Origin: Girardia tigrina
Lineage: Eukaryota
NCBI GenBank assembly: GCA_001938485.1
Contig: MQRK01201683.1
Span: forward strand, 1 to 56,529
Direction: 5' to 3'
Length of the DNA stretch: 56,529 nucleotides
Below the pieces are notes generated by a model. It had not been told where the DNA came from and made no database searches. It saw only the letters and a list, made by a program, of their open reading frames with translations. The position numbers and the translations under genes are program-made. Shown here one piece after another: positions 53,321-56,529 of the stretch. How positions within the stretch are numbered: position 1 is the first letter of the stretch; every line of letters starts with the position of its first letter.

Positions 53321-55780
53321 CAGATAATTTTACTTTTTTCTTTTGAAAAAAAAGTTAACAGCCGAGGAAATTTTTCATTCATGAAATTAAATGAAGTTAT
53401 AAAATGTCAAATCAGGCGAATAATGTATATGTTGTAGCAGATATACTATTCAATTTTTGTTGCCTCCTCGCTTCTATGGAAACTTAGATTGTCTTGATGG
53501 AAATGGATATTATTAGAAGTTAAACAAAGTATTCCTAAATTATGTTTTGGGCTTTTTAAGATAGTAAATTATTTCTTTTTTGTCCAAAGAAACTGAAACC
53601 ATAACTTTTAGAGCAGATTCCAAGTTCATAAGCATCGAACCAGATTGATTTTATTTCAGTTAAAAAAGGACTAGACTTTCTGGAGAAATTAACATTCTTT
53701 AAAAGTTTTGATCTATTGTTAGTATTAGCTGTATATATATATATATATATACCCTTAATTTCACAGTAAGAATATGAAATATTCGTTCATTTGAAATCTC
53801 TACACCCAATTTGTTTTTAGAGATCATTTATTGCTAATCTTGCATAACTATATTGTGTAATTCGACGATAGTCTTAGACTTTTGGTCAGTTTTTGGTCTT
53901 CTTTTCGGATATGTACCTTCTGACAATAAAGTTTAAATTACGTCGCCACCTTTTGTAAAATTTCTAATGATAGATAAAAGTTTCTGATTCCAAATGTTTC
54001 TCTAAAATAACTGAAAACAACAATGTAGTGAATTCATAAATTGATTTTTTTACTAAATACAAAAAAACAATTTCAAATCAAAAAAATATTTCTTTTCTTT
54101 TCAAATGCAAATTAATAAATTAAACAGAAAAAATTGCACCTGAATATAACTGCGAATTAAAATGAAAATATAAAAATTTTTATATAAAATTTATATACAA
54201 AGTGGTTTAAATAAACTCAAAAAATTGCAATTGAAATTTAAAAAAGAACTGATCAACAAGTTAATGGCGTGTAACAAATACAATTCTGATTATCGGCCTT
54301 AATATTTTTATTCATTTGGTTCTCATCGGGTTTTATATGAATGAAATAACGCATTCGATTACGATCTTCCGATCTGCTGTTAATGGGTTGACCGAATATG
54401 TGATTCAAGCCCTCATGCTCTACAGGCAAGATGGCTGCCTACCGGCTGTAGGCTACCGCTAAATTATCATGAGCCATCTCTTTCTGGTGAGTTTATCTGT
54501 TTGTTCCCAGCCAGATACAGGCTCTTGTGGATCCGGACAGGTGATCTGGCTCGTTCGCAACGATCCTAACTTGGCTCTCAATAATTTCGGAAGCCCTATC
54601 GACAATGCGCTCAACGGTAATCACGAAAATGGCTTCTTATTTGATCCCGAACAAAAATGCCACGACGATGGCTAGATTCCTGATTTTTTTAAATGCGCCT
54701 TTCACTTTCATCCATTTCGAAAATTTTACAAAACTAGCTTTATTCAATGCGACATTAAATGAATTCTTTTTGTCTTAACAATTAAAATTTTGAAATTGGT
54801 ACTCTTTACCATTAAGGTCGATTATTACCGGGTTTATTTTATTGGAACTAATGCGGGAATCAGTTCTACATTTCTGTTTTTGCATCTCTTTTGTATAATG
54901 TATCACATCTTTAAACAATTTAAAATTTCATTATCAGTTTCTATACTACAATAATTATTTTTTGAGTATATCTACGTTTATTTATGTATGTTTATTTGTT
55001 TTTTAGGAAATAAAATTTTACCCTATAATTACACATGAAAATAGTCGAACACACAAAATATTCTTCAATGATATTTATGATTTAATTGCTTATCAACTTA
55101 ATTATAAAAAATAATAATGAAAAATTCGAAATATATAAATAATCTGATATTCATCAATTCTCAATTCTGGAAACATTGAGATCTTTGAGAAGTTTCCTTG
55201 TTGATAAGGTTAGTCTGTCTTTTGGAAAAGTGAAGAAATTAAAGAAAATTTTTATCGCAGCGTGGCCGTTTAAGCGTCGTTGCAACGGTCCACCGCTGCA
55301 TTCATCCGTCCCCGCCTTATGTTTCCTAACTTTTTTTCTTAGTTTTCTCTCTTTGATCCTACTCCACGTGACCACCGTACGAAATCAAGCCTTGCGGCGC
55401 CGATCCGTCGAGCAAAGAATTACAAGATTCCGTGTCGCCATTTTTTATCTCTTAAAAAGTCAAAATATTGATTTAATTTCAAAACTCGTAATTTTATTGT
55501 CATCCCCGAACCAATATGGATTTTACTAAAATCAATTTTCCCTCTCAGTATCCACAGTAAATTATTCATTGTCGATGAAATCACATAGAAATTTCTTTCC
55601 TCTCAAGAATTCGATTTTTAAATATTGTTTTCATTGATCATTTCCATGAAGGTTTTAAAATTCCATTTGTCGACATGTTACTATCAATTTAAGTCTGAAA
55701 ATATTAACTTTGAAATTGACTGAATCTCGTGCAAAATTCATTGCTCAAATGAAAGTATTTCTGACAATAACCAAAATATT

Positions 55781-56275
55781 TATTGCAAAACCTTTATTTA
55801 AAAAACAAGACATTCACAATCCATTTAGAGTCATTAAGACTCTCAGAAGGTCTTTCATCGTTTGCCATAGTTCTAATTGGTTTTCTTATTTCTATTTTTA
55901 ATCATGATTATTCGATCAATTTTTCTAAATTATTTTTTAAAATATTTAACCTCTAAAAAATATTAATTAAAAATATTAATTTTTACCATTTTTTATAAAT
56001 CGCAAAATAATAAAAATGACATCAAATTATTAAAAATGCATTTAATTTAAATTTTACTAAAAATAATTAAACTTAATTTTAATTCTGAAATTAAAAATAT
56101 GAACTTGTCAAATGATTATTTTAATTATGTTCGAATAGTCAATCACTTTAAATTTAATAAAACAATACCAATTTCCATCTGGGTGGGGGAATCACCATTC
56201 TAATTTCAACATACTTAAATCAACATACATCATCCATACATTTACACATTCAAACAAATTAAAATATTCCTCACA
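55781..56275 (-). mobile_element. TG...TA family solo LTR (copy I)
   Basis: CCATCTGGGTGGGGGA core; TGTGAGGAA start; candidate far end GCAATA with TSD ATATT/ATAAT (4 of 5). Confidence 0.7.
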
Positions 56276-56424
56276 ATAATATTTTTTTGCGTTTAAACAG
56301 AAAATTTTTAAACAACTAATTTCTCATATATAATAATTTCCAAATTTTTTAGCATATAATTTTAAATAATTTTTACACTTAGTAGGGGGAAAATGGGCAT
56401 TCGGTCCAACCCCCCCCCCTGGCC

Positions 56425-56529
56425 GTAGCCATGGCAACGATATGGGTTATCGTGGTTACCATGACAACCGACCCGATTACCATAGCAACGGTCGCGGTTA
56501 CCATGGCAACGGTCGCGGTTACCATGGCA
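56425..56529. repeat. 21-bp GC-rich minisatellite of X-box-like palindromes (runs off window end)
   Basis: GTTACCATGGCAAC-like units at 56425, 56455, 56476, 56497 and 56518. Confidence 0.85.

Noticed and set aside
888-55901. Numerous 60-110 aa AT-rich ORFs rich in I/F/K/N/L
   Set aside because: Expected by chance at this composition, or antisense shadows of transposon ORFs.
56425-56529. CRISPR-like repeat array
   Set aside because: Eukaryotic context, 7-bp linkers that are partly identical, and no cas genes; it is a minisatellite.

Overview
Very AT-rich eukaryotic (animal) genomic DNA with three N gaps. Composition and transposon repertoire suggest a flatworm such as a planarian (inference only). 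The one clearly intact host gene is a large protocadherin exon (31581-33924, +). Most of the rest is decayed mobile DNA: several mariner, pogo, rosa-type, Merlin and hAT (Buster) DNA transposons, an RTE LINE, a Gypsy integrase plus LTR, Penelope-like (GIY-YIG) relics and a possible CRE-like relic. The first ~9.4 kb holds broken copies of four unrelated housekeeping genes (TBCA, H2B, NOP56, UFSP2). Three structures are not visible in the ORF track. (1) Two unrelated ~430-bp non-coding elements each end in a back-to-back pair of minimal hammerhead ribozymes; one is a near-complete palindrome. (2) An RTE 3' tail and an H2B copy with its histone stem-loop sit between ~89-bp direct repeats, suggesting LINE-mediated transduction. 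(3) About nine copies of a solo-LTR-like family have 5-bp TSDs but non-canonical TG...TA ends. All alignments and homologies were made by eye from memory of the protein families; no searches were run, and boundaries of degraded elements are approximate.
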